Part shown: one piece after another, positions 19,864 to 28,642 of the stretch | Layout: each line of letters opens with the position of its first letter | How positions within the stretch are numbered: the first letter of the stretch is position 1 | Assembly (NCBI GenBank): GCA_001915065.1 | Contig: MNDT01000061.1 | Coordinates: forward strand, 2,954-66,953 | DNA: 64,000 nt | Direction of reading: 5' to 3' | Source of the DNA: an archaeon 13_2_20CM_2_53_6 | Lineage (GTDB): Archaea; Thermoproteota; Bathyarchaeia; 40CM-2-53-6 | The notes under the pieces: generated by a model | Database searches by the model: none | Seen by the model: only the letters and a program-made list of their open reading frames with translations | Told to the model about the DNA's origin: nothing | Position numbers and translations under genes: made by a program

Positions 19864-20334
19864 ATGGTCAGTTCAGCGGGTACTCTCGAGAATAGGCCCG
19901 TTAATCGGATAAATTTTGACCACCATACATGGTTGAGCAGAGTTGAACGTGATGCGTCTGAGGAAATCGATGAGAAGGATGTTGCCTACGTCGCGGGTAT
20001 TATTGATGGCGAGGGTTCCTTAGGAATCAAGAAGGATCTATCCTCCATCAGGATGGGTTACTCGAAGAGCCCGCTACGTCACGAGCGAGTCCAGGGAAAA
20101 GACGGCTTCAGAGAGCGTTCTAAGGTTCATCCACCGTCTGTTTCATGGCAGTTTGTATAGGAGAAGACGTACCCAAGCAAGAGTGGCATCACGCCGAACA
20201 AGCCAATGTGGTGTCTCATTCTGTCCGATGCACGTGCGCGCAAGCTCCTGGAATTGGTTCTGCCTTACCTGCGCGTGAAAAAGGCCCAAGCAGAGTTCAT
20301 TTTGCAACTGGGCAAGAGCAAATAATCACCAGAG
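19864..20334 (+). pseudogene. LAGLIDADG-family homing endonuclease, degraded (two frameshifts plus an internal stop)
   Basis: YVAGIIDGEGS is a LAGLIDADG motif. Frame 2 over roughly 20090-20175 encodes SVLRFIHRLFHGSLYRRRR. Frame 1 after the TAG at 20158 encodes KPMWCLILSDARARKLLELVLPYLRVKKAQAE, a typical endonuclease C-terminus. Confidence 0.6.
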
Positions 20335-20680
20335 GCAAGAATACGGAGTTTTCCGGCTAAACGCACAATGAAGGCTGAGATTCTCCATTTTAGGGAGAAA
20401 CTTTACGAGATGGTCAAGCTCTAAACTATTCACGTTCGACCTAGCTGTCGTGCACCCTGACTCGTTTTTATGTATTACACCTGTCCTTAAGGAATATTGA
20501 GCCTACCAAGAGCCTCACACTGAAGAAGTCTCAAATGCAGCAAGGACTTTCAACCCTGGAAAAGCGTCACTCGTATGATACGAAAGAGAGCGAGGAATTG
20601 GCAGGCCCAGGCGTAGTGGCTTTCGAAATCGAGACCGCTATCCTTCGCCTCTTTCTGCCGCTGGTAATCGGAGCGTTCAT

Positions 20681-21301
20681 ATGAAGAGAACAAGAACAAT
20701 GAAAGTCTTCAGAGTTGTTCCGAAGTTCAGGCCCCCGGAAACATACTCGGAGAGCGTCGCGAGAATCGTCAATCCGGTCCTCGACAGCTACACGCACATA
20801 GCCATAGTCGATGACGACACGTCCGTTCCTGAAGCGTTTTTCCAATTACCGGAGGAATATCCGGACGCGGACATCATAGTTCCGAGAGTTCTTCCAAGCT
20901 CCAGGATATACAGAACATGGGAAACGCTAACCTACTGGCTCCGTCTAAGCCGTGTGAGAGCCAGAGGCTGCGCTGTCATATACTCCACGAGATTTCTCAA
21001 ACGGATGGGAGGATATCCCTCCTGGACAGAACAGTATGAGGACACGTACATCCTGAGGAAGGCGAACGCCGTCGTCCAATACAAGAAGATGATAGCTTAT
21101 CACATGGAAAAGTTCAGCATTCGAAAGTCCATAGAAAGGCAGAAGAGGCAAGGCAGAGCGAGGGCGAAACTTCACGACAGTTTCTGGAGAGTCTTAGCGC
21201 ACTCCATCGTGAGGGTCAGGCCAGCGCTTTTCTTCGCCTACGTAGGTCAGAGAATTAGCAGCCCGACCCACAAAGTCGAAGGGCCGGATCACGGACAATA
21301 G
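20681..21301 (+). CDS. Hypothetical protein with a GT-A-like acidic motif (HIAIVDDDTSVP); has a decayed paralog at 22284-22695
   Basis: 206-aa ORF with no confident family assignment. A paralogous fragment lies downstream. Confidence 0.4.
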   Translation: MKRTRTMKVFRVVPKFRPPETYSESVARIVNPVLDSYTHIAIVDDDTSVPEAFFQLPEEYPDADIIVPRVLPSSRIYRTWETLTYWLRLSRVRARGCAVIYSTRFLKRMGGYPSWTEQYEDTYILRKANAVVQYKKMIAYHMEKFSIRKSIERQKRQGRARAKLHDSFWRVLAHSIVRVRPALFFAYVGQRISSPTHKVEGPDHGQ

Positions 21302-21319
21302 GCAAACGGTGGTTGAAAG

Positions 21320-22192
21320 ATGAAAGCGCTGATAACAGGTGGACTCGGGTTCTTAGGACAACATCTTACCAGAAGGCTCAAGGGCGACGGGCATGACGTA
21401 TCCGTCTTAGACGTCAAAGACAATAGTGGGGATGTAAGAGACTATGAAAGCGTAAAGTCTGCGATACGTGGCGTCGATACGGTCTTCCATCTAGCCGCCG
21501 TCGTAGGCGTGGAACAGGCCTCTGCCAACCCGATAGACGTGATGGACACGGAACTGATTGGGATACGAAACCTCGTCAGAGCGTCCGTCGAGAAAGGCGT
21601 CAAAAGAATAGTCTACGCTTCTTCCTCGGAAATCTATGGGAACCGCGCGCTACTTCCGATGAGCGAGTCCGATAGTCCTTCCCCCCTGTCTTCATACGGC
21701 GTTTCAAAGCTGGCAGTCGAACACTATCTGAAAGCCTTCGGCGATAAGATCGAGAGCGTTTCATTGCGCATATTCAATGCATACGGCCCAGGTCAGGATG
21801 AGAGATTCGTGGTAGCCAGATTCATAAACCAGGCCCTGAAAAACGAGCAGATAACAGTCTATGACGACGGACGCCAGACGAGAGATTTCACGTACATTGA
21901 CGATGTCGTCGAGGCTTTCGTCCTGGCAAGCGGGACGAAGTATTTGGGAGAAGTTTTCAACGTGGCAACAGGCATCCAAACCCGAGTCATCAGTCTCGCC
22001 AAGATTGTCAAGTCCGCGACAAGATCCGATTCTAAAATAGTTCTGGTTAGACCTTCCAAGAGATTACCCGAATTTGAAGTCAGGAAAAGGACCGCAAGCC
22101 TCCTGAACTCCAGAAAGAAACTTGGGTTCGAAGCAAAGACTGTTCTAAGAGACGGAATAGTGAAAACCATTACTCTTAGGACCAGAGCTTGA
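21320..22192 (+). CDS. NAD-dependent epimerase/dehydratase (UDP-glucose 4-epimerase-like SDR)
   Basis: TGGLGFLGQHL Rossmann motif and YGVSKLAVE (YxxxK). Confidence 0.75.
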   Translation: MKALITGGLGFLGQHLTRRLKGDGHDVSVLDVKDNSGDVRDYESVKSAIRGVDTVFHLAAVVGVEQASANPIDVMDTELIGIRNLVRASVEKGVKRIVYASSSEIYGNRALLPMSESDSPSPLSSYGVSKLAVEHYLKAFGDKIESVSLRIFNAYGPGQDERFVVARFINQALKNEQITVYDDGRQTRDFTYIDDVVEAFVLASGTKYLGEVFNVATGIQTRVISLAKIVKSATRSDSKIVLVRPSKRLPEFEVRKRTASLLNSRKKLGFEAKTVLRDGIVKTITLRTRA

Positions 22193-22283
22193 GAAATATC
22201 CCTGCGGAACAATGGTGGTGCGTGCACCCTGACTTTTCATCCAGAACTCTGTATGAGAATCTGGGAAACAGATAACCCCCGAA

Positions 22284-22695
22284 TTGTTGGGTAAATACAG
22301 CCATATCGCAATCGTTGATAACAATGTCACCGTCCCAGCAGAATTCTATTCCCTTCACGAAAAATTCGACGCCGACATCATTGAAGTCTATGTCGAACCC
22401 TCCTCACCGGTATTCAGGAGTGCGGTAGAAAGCGACGTTCTGGGTGAGACTTCGGGAAAGGGTCAGAGACTGTGCGACCATTTATCGGACTGACTTTTCC
22501 ATGCGCGTCGGGAGCATCCCAGAGGTAGAAACAGCAGGGACATGGTTCCTAATGCAGACGAAGAAAACAGCGGTCGCGGACTTGACAGTTATTCACAATC
22601 AGAACTTTAGCTTGCGGCATTCGATCAAATTCGAGCTCGAGACGGGAAGAGCAGAGCGAGCTACGCTACTCCTTCACAAAGACGATGCTTCATAG
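22284..22695 (+). pseudogene. Frameshifted paralog of the 20681-21301 gene
   Basis: YSHIAIVDNNVTVPAEFY in one frame and RVRDCATIYRTDFSMRVGSIP...SIKFELETGRAERA in a second frame align to consecutive parts of the 20681 protein. Confidence 0.5.
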
Positions 22696-22764
22696 CACTT
22701 TCAGAGTACCACGAATCGTACTGTTCTCCTCTCTCTATTACAAGCTTATGGATCTTGGTCGTGC

Positions 22765-22972
22765 CTAGGAGCTTGACGAAACCCTCGTCCAGCCCGTCCG
22801 CACCGTCACGCTCACCGCGTTTGGCAAGCGCCCGGCCGAGAACCTCCGGTTCGACCTCGCCCCAGGCGACGAGGGCCTTGACAGACCAGAGCATGCCAAG
22901 ATTCGACGGCGAATTCTCCAACAACCTAGCTTGGAAAGTCCGCTCCAGCCTCAACGACTCCATAGTCTTCCC
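22765..22972 (-). pseudogene. Truncated duplicate of ribosomal protein L30 (uL30) gene
   Basis: ~85-90% nucleotide identity to 26215-26420 (the rpl30 core). Encodes KTMESLRLERTFQARLLENSPSNLGML...GERDGADGLDEGFVKLLG but lacks the L30 N-terminus. Confidence 0.6.
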
Positions 22973-22979
22973 AAAAGTG

Positions 22980-23207
22980 ATGCGTGAACAAAACGCACTG
23001 AGCCGGCAGGACAAGGAAGAGTTCGACAGCATCCTCGCCAAAGCCGACAACCTCCTAAAAGGGCCAGATGATTGGACACCCACGAGAAAGGATTTCGTAG
23101 ACTCGAGTCCGAAAGAAAACAAAGTACACACGCTGGCGCTGACTGAAAGGGATGTACATCCCCACCGCCCATTCGCTATTTATGGAGGCAACCTCCTAGC
23201 AAACTGA
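22980..23207 (+). CDS. Small ORF carrying the conserved MREQNALSRQDKEEFDSILAKADNLLKG module (paralog of the 19014 C-terminus)
   Basis: Same module as 19420-19530, with synonymous-biased divergence. The portion of ORF 22755 upstream of it is antisense to the L30 fragment and probably non-coding. Confidence 0.3.
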   Translation: MREQNALSRQDKEEFDSILAKADNLLKGPDDWTPTRKDFVDSSPKENKVHTLALTERDVHPHRPFAIYGGNLLAN

Positions 23208-23219
23208 GCGCTTAGGATG

Positions 23220-23936
23220 TCACTTGATTGCGTCTGATCCGTGATTCTGATAGATTAGTCCTATTCCTCCCCATCCCTGATTCCAATCCTTGACCATCTC
23301 CTGATAATTGTATTTTGGCATTATCTCATTCCAGAATCTTTGAACCTCTACGGACCTATCTTTTGGGTGCTCAACTATGTCGTGGAGTGCTATCATACCG
23401 CCACTTCTGACTAGCTGAGAATAAGATTCGAAATCAGACTTTACTCCTTCGTATGTGTGGTCGCCATCTATGAACAGGAAGTCTACAGGCCTTCCTTTCA
23501 GAATGTCTTTTACTATTCTTATGGTCGATGGTTCGTGCGAATTGCTGTTTATGAGATGAATTTCTTGCTTTCCTTTCGCAAACGATTTGTAAAGTGGAAT
23601 TCTTAACCTCGAATATCCTCCCCCATAGACTCCGCCGCGGAGATCGACGCTGATTATTGATGCTCTAGGCGAAGCGGCCATGCAAAATAGATACAAACTT
23701 CCGCCATGCGAAGTTCCTATTTCCAACACTGTTCTAGGACTAAACTTTTCGAGCTTCTGCACTAGCGACATGATTTCTTCTCTAACCTGAAGCGGCCTTA
23801 TTGTTACCCCGTGAAATTCGAACTCATAGGCACAGGCAACCGCGTCTTCAAGCGTGTGAACTTGCTTCTTCCGTTCCTTGAATCTCCTGACGACGAGTAA
23901 TTTACCAGGAACATCGAGAAGTGCCGGCAAGTCCAT
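23220..23936 (-). CDS. Class I SAM-dependent methyltransferase (CmcI/TylF-like, Methyltransf_24 type)
   Basis: LEIGTSHGGS motif I and FIDGDHTYEGV, characteristic of this sugar/macrolide O-methyltransferase-like family. Confidence 0.6.
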   Translation of the reverse strand: MDLPALLDVPGKLLVVRRFKERKKQVHTLEDAVACAYEFEFHGVTIRPLQVREEIMSLVQKLEKFSPRTVLEIGTSHGGSLYLFCMAASPRASIISVDLRGGVYGGGYSRLRIPLYKSFAKGKQEIHLINSNSHEPSTIRIVKDILKGRPVDFLFIDGDHTYEGVKSDFESYSQLVRSGGMIALHDIVEHPKDRSVEVQRFWNEIMPKYNYQEMVKDWNQGWGGIGLIYQNHGSDAIK

Positions 23937-24191
23937 TAGACCGCCTTGGTTTTCATTGCCATAAATCTAACCCCGCGCTCGTTTGAATAACTTCCATAAT
24001 CATTCGACTCATGATTTGCGACGCCTCTTCGCGTCCAAGCCGTTCCAGAGCATAGCGGGACGGGGTATTCCAGTGGTGACTACAACCCTATCACTTTGCT
24101 CGTCTTTTCTGCAAAGATTATTGCAATCCTTCCAACGTAGGCTGTTATGAAACAGCGAACAGCTAGTTCTTTAATCGAGAGATTGGCGGCG

Positions 24192-24525
24192 ATGAAATGT
24201 GTCCCTTGCGAAGGTATCGATCGTCTCTCTGAAGGGCAGGTAGAGAATGCATTGTTAGATTTGCCCGGGTGGGTTCGAAGAGACGACTCGATTGAGAAGG
24301 AGTCTCGTTGGATCGTACGGGGCTTGTCTGGAATTCGCTTATGACGTTGGAATGACTGCTGACGCGCAGAATCATCATCCCGAGCTGACGATCAGATGGC
24401 GACGAGTCAGGCTCTCTTGGTCCACTCATTCGATTGGTGGCCTCAGTCAGAATGACATGATAATGGCCGCGAAGTCAGAGTCAGAATATGGAAAGTTCAA
24501 CGACCACCCACAGCATGCGCTTTAA
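24192..24525 (+). pseudogene. Pterin-4a-carbinolamine dehydratase (PCD/DCoH), interrupted by a frameshift near 24300
   Basis: Frame 1 gives MKCVPCEGIDRLSEGQVENALLDLPGWV...SIEKE, the PCD N-terminus. Frame 2 gives SYGACLEFAYDVGMTADAQNHHPEL...THSIGGLSQNDMIMAAK, the PCD core with the NHHPE motif. Confidence 0.55.
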
Positions 24526-24605
24526 CCTGGCCTCACGTTAGGACTCGCGCACAAATCCGTCCGAGCATAAGCCGAGAGAGCCATTGAGTCCGCTGTAGCC
24601 GGGGA

Positions 24606-24923
24606 CTATTTCCTGGCCTTGATTTGTTCTTCTATTGCCTTGAGCCTGTTTTCTATCAGGGTTATCTTGTCGAGTATTTCTTTCAATATTCTTCCCAGCT
24701 CCTCTTCTCGTGGTCCGATGTACTGTCCAGGTCTCAGTGGTGACGGCATCGGCCCTATGGGTCTGGGTCGCAGAGGATCTGGGAGATTTGATGGCTCCAT
24801 AACGGGTCCGATTGGTCTAACGCGCGCTGAGTTTTCAGGGTTTTCATCTGCAAGACCTGCACTTTTTAGAGTTCGAATAGTAGAATTGAAGTCCTCTCGG
24901 ATAAGAGACGAAAGGAAATACAT
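24606..24923 (-). CDS. Hypothetical small protein with Pro-rich segment and C-terminal coiled coil
   Basis: The C-terminal EEELGRILKEILDKITLIENRLKAIEEQIKARK is a heptad-repeat helix. The ORF-track N-terminus (to 24980) is encoded by the leader repeat that is non-coding at the orc1 copy, so an internal Met is preferred (24923, or alternatively 24800). Confidence 0.3.
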   Translation of the reverse strand: MYFLSSLIREDFNSTIRTLKSAGLADENPENSARVRPIGPVMEPSNLPDPLRPRPIGPMPSPLRPGQYIGPREEELGRILKEILDKITLIENRLKAIEEQIKARK

Positions 24924-24944
24924 GTGCACGAGAAAACGCCTAGA

Positions 24945-25155
24945 AAAGCCCTGATCGGCAATCAGGGAGGGGGGTCCCACTGAGCAACTTATTCACGCTT
25001 GAAGGGCCCTCACCAACACGTACTGGAAAACGCTGATCAGCCCGTTCTACGCGTCAAATCGGAAATTTCGCCCAATTCTGTTTCAGATGGCCAGACGACC
25101 CATCCAGGATTTAGAAATAAAAAAATTCCCGCGACACAAGAGTGCTCTCTGGAGT
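24945..25155 (-). repeat. Inverted copy of the orc1 upstream promoter/leader element (34-bp perfect core at 25106-25139)
   Basis: The reverse complement of 24945-25155 aligns to 36113-36330 at roughly 80% identity, including the exact 34-mer ttgtgtcgcgggaatttttttatttctaaatcct. Confidence 0.7.
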
Positions 25156-25402
25156 ACGATCCTTTGCTAGGAAATCGCCTGGAACGAGCCCAGATCGCAA
25201 ATCCAAGCATCCGATTTGAAACCGCGACTTTTCCGCGCTGAGTCATGCGGATACCTCGCACCTACGAAAACCTCCGACCGGCCTATTCCGCGCCCAGAAT
25301 CGCCGGTCTCGCCCAGATCAGTTTCAACTGGTTCGACCTCTCTCCAGAAAATTTCCAGAGCGTTGATCGTCGCGACACATGAGTGGTCTTTGTGGTCTGT
25401 AG

Positions 25403-25933
25403 CTATTCTATCTGTATGGGCCGGCTCGGCTTCTTCTCGTCGCTCTTGATGAACCGGACCTCCAGCACACCGTTCTTGTACGTGGCCTTCGCGGTACGAG
25501 GATCGACCAGATGCCCGAGGTCGAGCTCTTTCAGATAACGCCGTTTCGCCGAGTCCACGCTTATCTTCAACGACCTGTCCGTAGACTCCAACCGTATCTC
25601 GTCCCGCTCCACGCCCGGCAGTTCAGTTACGACCACGATCTCGCGCCCCTCGTCCATAACATCCACCAACGGCTCGCGCTCCTCCTTGACCAAGGGCCCA
25701 CGCGCACTGGGCGCGACATTCCCGAACTCTCTAATGACCGGCTTCCCATCAGCACCGAGAGACATGGAGAAGCCGTAGACGAACGGCGAGACACCCTCCT
25801 GCGTCTTCGGCATCTCCACCGCTTTACGCATCATATCATCCATCAAACGATCCATCCGCTCCATCTCCTCGAACACGTCGAACCACCAGCCGGACCGGCT
25901 GTGGCGACGGCGAGACTCTCTCTTAGGAGCCAA
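25403..25933 (-). CDS. hsp20: Small heat-shock protein, Hsp20/alpha-crystallin family
   Basis: Alpha-crystallin domain (VDVMDEGREIVVVTELPGVERDEI...GVLEVRF). Confidence 0.8.
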   Translation of the reverse strand: MAPKRESRRRHSRSGWWFDVFEEMERMDRLMDDMMRKAVEMPKTQEGVSPFVYGFSMSLGADGKPVIREFGNVAPSARGPLVKEEREPLVDVMDEGREIVVVTELPGVERDEIRLESTDRSLKISVDSAKRRYLKELDLGHLVDPRTAKATYKNGVLEVRFIKSDEKKPSRPIQIE

Positions 25934-26006
25934 TATTCAGCGACCCATCCTTCGAGACAAGTATTCCAGTCGTATTTGAGCTAGCAGAACAATCGATTCG
26001 ACCGGG

Positions 26007-26495
26007 CTAGATCATGCGCTTGACTAGATGGTTGATATCCGCGCCCCGGTAGCCCAGCTCACCACCATCAGTCGCAGCCCTCCTCAGACTCCGCTTAAAC
26101 CCGCCCCGCGGAGGGTGGAGACGGAAACGCGGTTTCAGACCCGCCCGGTACAACGCCTGGACCCCGACCTCGCCAGCCACAACCGCCTTGGCCAGATCCT
26201 CGAAGCTCGTCTTGCCTAGAAGCTTGACAAAACCCTCGTCCAGCCCGTCCGCACCGTCACGCTCCCCACGCTTGACCAGCAGCCGGCCGAGAATCTCCGG
26301 ATCCACCTCGCCCCACGCAACGAGCGCTTTGGCCGACCTTAGCATACCAAGATTCGACGGCGTGTTCTCCAGCAGCCGGGCCTGGAAGGTCCGCTCCAGC
26401 CTCAACGACTCCATAGTCTTCCTTACATCCGGATTATCAGCGGCCGTCCCGCGCAACCGGACCGCAAACAGCAAACCCTTGCTCGACTCTTCCAA
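26007..26495 (-). CDS. rpl30p: 50S ribosomal protein L30 (uL30)
   Basis: VRLRGTAADNPDVRKTMESLRLERTF...SNLGMLRSAKALVAWGEV; position after rps5. Confidence 0.85.
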   Translation of the reverse strand: MEESSKGLLFAVRLRGTAADNPDVRKTMESLRLERTFQARLLENTPSNLGMLRSAKALVAWGEVDPEILGRLLVKRGERDGADGLDEGFVKLLGKTSFEDLAKAVVAGEVGVQALYRAGLKPRFRLHPPRGGFKRSLRRAATDGGELGYRGADINHLVKRMI

Positions 26496-27131
26496 CTAGT
26501 TCACCCAGTCACCCTGCGTCACGACACTGTATGTCCGCGTCAGCGCGTCAAAGACCGCGAGCGCAGATGACGTCAGTGTCGAAGTCGAGCCGAACGTACG
26601 AGTCCAGCAATCCCGCACCCCAGCCAGCCGCAGTACCTGTTTCGGAATCTCACCCGCCACGAGACCCAGACCCCGAGGCCCAGGCAACACCTCCACACGG
26701 ACACTGCCAGTCTTGCCAGTCACGTTAAACGGGACGGTATGCATCGTCCCACAACGACACTCCCAACTCCCACAACCCCGACGGATAGGAATAACATTCA
26801 ACTTCGCCTGGACAGTCCCCTTGTCGATAGCCGTCCGGACCTGTCGAGCCTTCCCTTCTCCCAGCCCGATATAGCCATCCCCATTCCCGACAGCAACGAT
26901 CGCCCGGAAGCGCGATCTCTCCCCCGCGTCAGTCTGCTTCTGCACGAAGCCAATGCCCAAAACCTCCTGCTGAATATTCGGCAACAAGGTATCCACAATC
27001 TCCGGCTCCTTGATCCGTAAACCTTGCGTGAAGATCTCCTCCATCGAGACGATCTCGCCTTGCTGCACCTGCCGGCCCAGCTTCGTCTTAGGGACCCAGC
27101 CGACCTCTTGGCCCGGACGCTGACCCATCAA
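26496..27131 (-). CDS. rps5p: 30S ribosomal protein S5 (uS5)
   Basis: dsRBD plus the S5 C-terminal domain (GIGFVQKQTDAGERSRFRAIVAVGNGDGYIGLGEGKA). Confidence 0.9.
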   Translation of the reverse strand: MMGQRPGQEVGWVPKTKLGRQVQQGEIVSMEEIFTQGLRIKEPEIVDTLLPNIQQEVLGIGFVQKQTDAGERSRFRAIVAVGNGDGYIGLGEGKARQVRTAIDKGTVQAKLNVIPIRRGCGSWECRCGTMHTVPFNVTGKTGSVRVEVLPGPRGLGLVAGEIPKQVLRLAGVRDCWTRTFGSTSTLTSSALAVFDALTRTYSVVTQGDWVN

Positions 27132-27724
27132 GAAGCCCCCAACGACGTGGACAGTACGCTCTTTCTAACCTGCTCGAAATGCCCCGACAAGTCCTCCGGC
27201 TTCAACCCGCGAGCCAGATACGCGCCAAATCGCTTCCTGTACAACTCCTGCTCCCCAACCAACGACTTGGCGTAGGCCGCAATGTGCGAGCCGTTGATCC
27301 TCTCCATCGGAGGCAATGGACCATCAGAGTGTGGAACAATCAGCCCCGAGTCGGCCAATCCTTTCAAAGCCGCAAAAACTTTTGATCCCTTAGTCGGACC
27401 CCTAAGACCGATATCGAGAACTGCCTCCTTAACACCCCGATCAACCGCCCGTCGCGCAGCAAGAACACCCGTCAGATACGCCGCAGGCAGATTCCCAGCT
27501 CCGCCCTTCCAGCCAAGCTTCGCAAGCTCTCGCGAGGATGCCGATGCTCTAACAATATCCCCCCGGATGTCCGCCTCTGAGACCTGAACGATGACGTACT
27601 TGTTGGTAAGCCGGACGACGGCCCTCGGCTTTCCCGACCTGACTAGGGCGCGGCGAAGCTTATAGTCCGTCCTACCCTCCCGCCTACGCCGGTATGGGAC
27701 CGCATAACGTGGACCGTCAGCCAA
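27128..27724 (-). CDS. rpl18p: 50S ribosomal protein L18 (uL18)
   Basis: RRRREGRTDYKLRRALV...RLTNKYVIVQV. Confidence 0.85.
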   Translation of the reverse strand: MADGPRYAVPYRRRREGRTDYKLRRALVRSGKPRAVVRLTNKYVIVQVSEADIRGDIVRASASSRELAKLGWKGGAGNLPAAYLTGVLAARRAVDRGVKEAVLDIGLRGPTKGSKVFAALKGLADSGLIVPHSDGPLPPMERINGSHIAAYAKSLVGEQELYRKRFGAYLARGLKPEDLSGHFEQVRKSVLSTSLGAS

Positions 27725-27728
27725 AGTC

Positions 27729-28157
27729 CTACCGCTTCCTCACCAGGTGATGGGCCTTTACATACTCGTCGACGTGAGACCTGCTCCTAAACACGCCACC
27801 CTTGGCCAAGGCGAGCAGAGTCTTGTAGCCGCCAGGAGCTAGCTGTCTCTTGTCTCTAAGCCAGCGTAGATGGCGGCGGATCGCTCGTATTTTGAGAACC
27901 CAGGCCTCCTTGCCAGGCTTCTGGCCGCCCTTACGGCTCCCCGCCCCCTTACGCCGGCCAGACCGAGCCCTCACGCGTCCTCTGCTGACCCCTGTCTTCG
28001 GTAGCAAGCTTATGCTCCCCTCGCGGATAAGCTTCTTGACCTCGTCGCGCGTTATCGCCGACTGAACCCGATCGATATCTTCAGGGTCGATCCAGACCCT
28101 GTTCAAGCCTCCACCCAGAAGATCAGCGGCGAGTCTCCTCTGGCTCTTGAGGCTCAT
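27729..28157 (-). CDS. rpl19e: 50S ribosomal protein L19e (eL19)
   Basis: SLKSQRRLAADLLGGGLNRVWIDPEDIDRV...IRAIRRHLRWLR. Confidence 0.85.
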   Translation of the reverse strand: MSLKSQRRLAADLLGGGLNRVWIDPEDIDRVQSAITRDEVKKLIREGSISLLPKTGVSRGRVRARSGRRKGAGSRKGGQKPGKEAWVLKIRAIRRHLRWLRDKRQLAPGGYKTLLALAKGGVFRSRSHVDEYVKAHHLVRKR

Positions 28158-28642
28158 TCAGAATCCTCTCCGGTCACAGACTCCTCTTCGCCATCCTCGG
28201 CAACCTCGACTTGTTCAGTTGGCTCCTCAACTGGAGTTTCAGTAGGGACAGGTTCCCTTTCCTCGACCCTCTCAGCTACTGGTCGACTCTCTCCCTTTCC
28301 AGGGTTTGCGATATGAAAATTCTGCTCTTTCGCCTTGGCGACGATCCCTATCCGCTTTCTCTCGCCAACCCGCGCGGCGATCCTGATGATGTGTATCTTC
28401 GCATCGAGCTTCTCGAGTTCTGACTCGCGCCACACGAGATGTTCGACCAGCCCTCTGGGATGGAGGCCTCTCGCGGATGCGATGGATCCGTACCCCACCT
28501 TTACTTTCGGAGGGAACCCGCTCTCCTCCTTCCGCATCTTACTCGTGACCCCACGCGGTCGACGCCAGTTTTCCGCCACTCTCCTGTACCGCCAGCTCTC
28601 CTGGCGCTTGAATTCGGGCTTTGAACTCTTCATCATTCTCAC
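28154..28642 (-). CDS. rpl32e: 50S ribosomal protein L32e (eL32) with acidic C-terminal tail
   Basis: KPEFKRQESWRYRRV...WRRPRGVTSKMR. Confidence 0.8.
   Translation of the reverse strand: MRMMKSSKPEFKRQESWRYRRVAENWRRPRGVTSKMRKEESGFPPKVKVGYGSIASARGLHPRGLVEHLVWRESELEKLDAKIHIIRIAARVGERKRIGIVAKAKEQNFHIANPGKGESRPVAERVEEREPVPTETPVEEPTEQVEVAEDGEEESVTGEDSE

Noticed and set aside
24619-24954. + strand 111-aa ORF overlapping the small coiled-coil gene
   Set aside because: Low-complexity (Ser-rich) translation. The minus-strand frame has a plausible heptad-repeat helix and lies downstream of the conserved promoter/leader copy.
26188-26499. + strand ORF (103 aa) over rpl30, and similar antisense ORFs 34141..34854 -, 36335..37096 + and 36624..36935 -
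   Set aside because: They are opposite-strand or alternative-frame shadows of well-supported genes (rpl30, the KaiC-like gene, orc1) and contain Ser/Arg/Pro-rich low-complexity translations.
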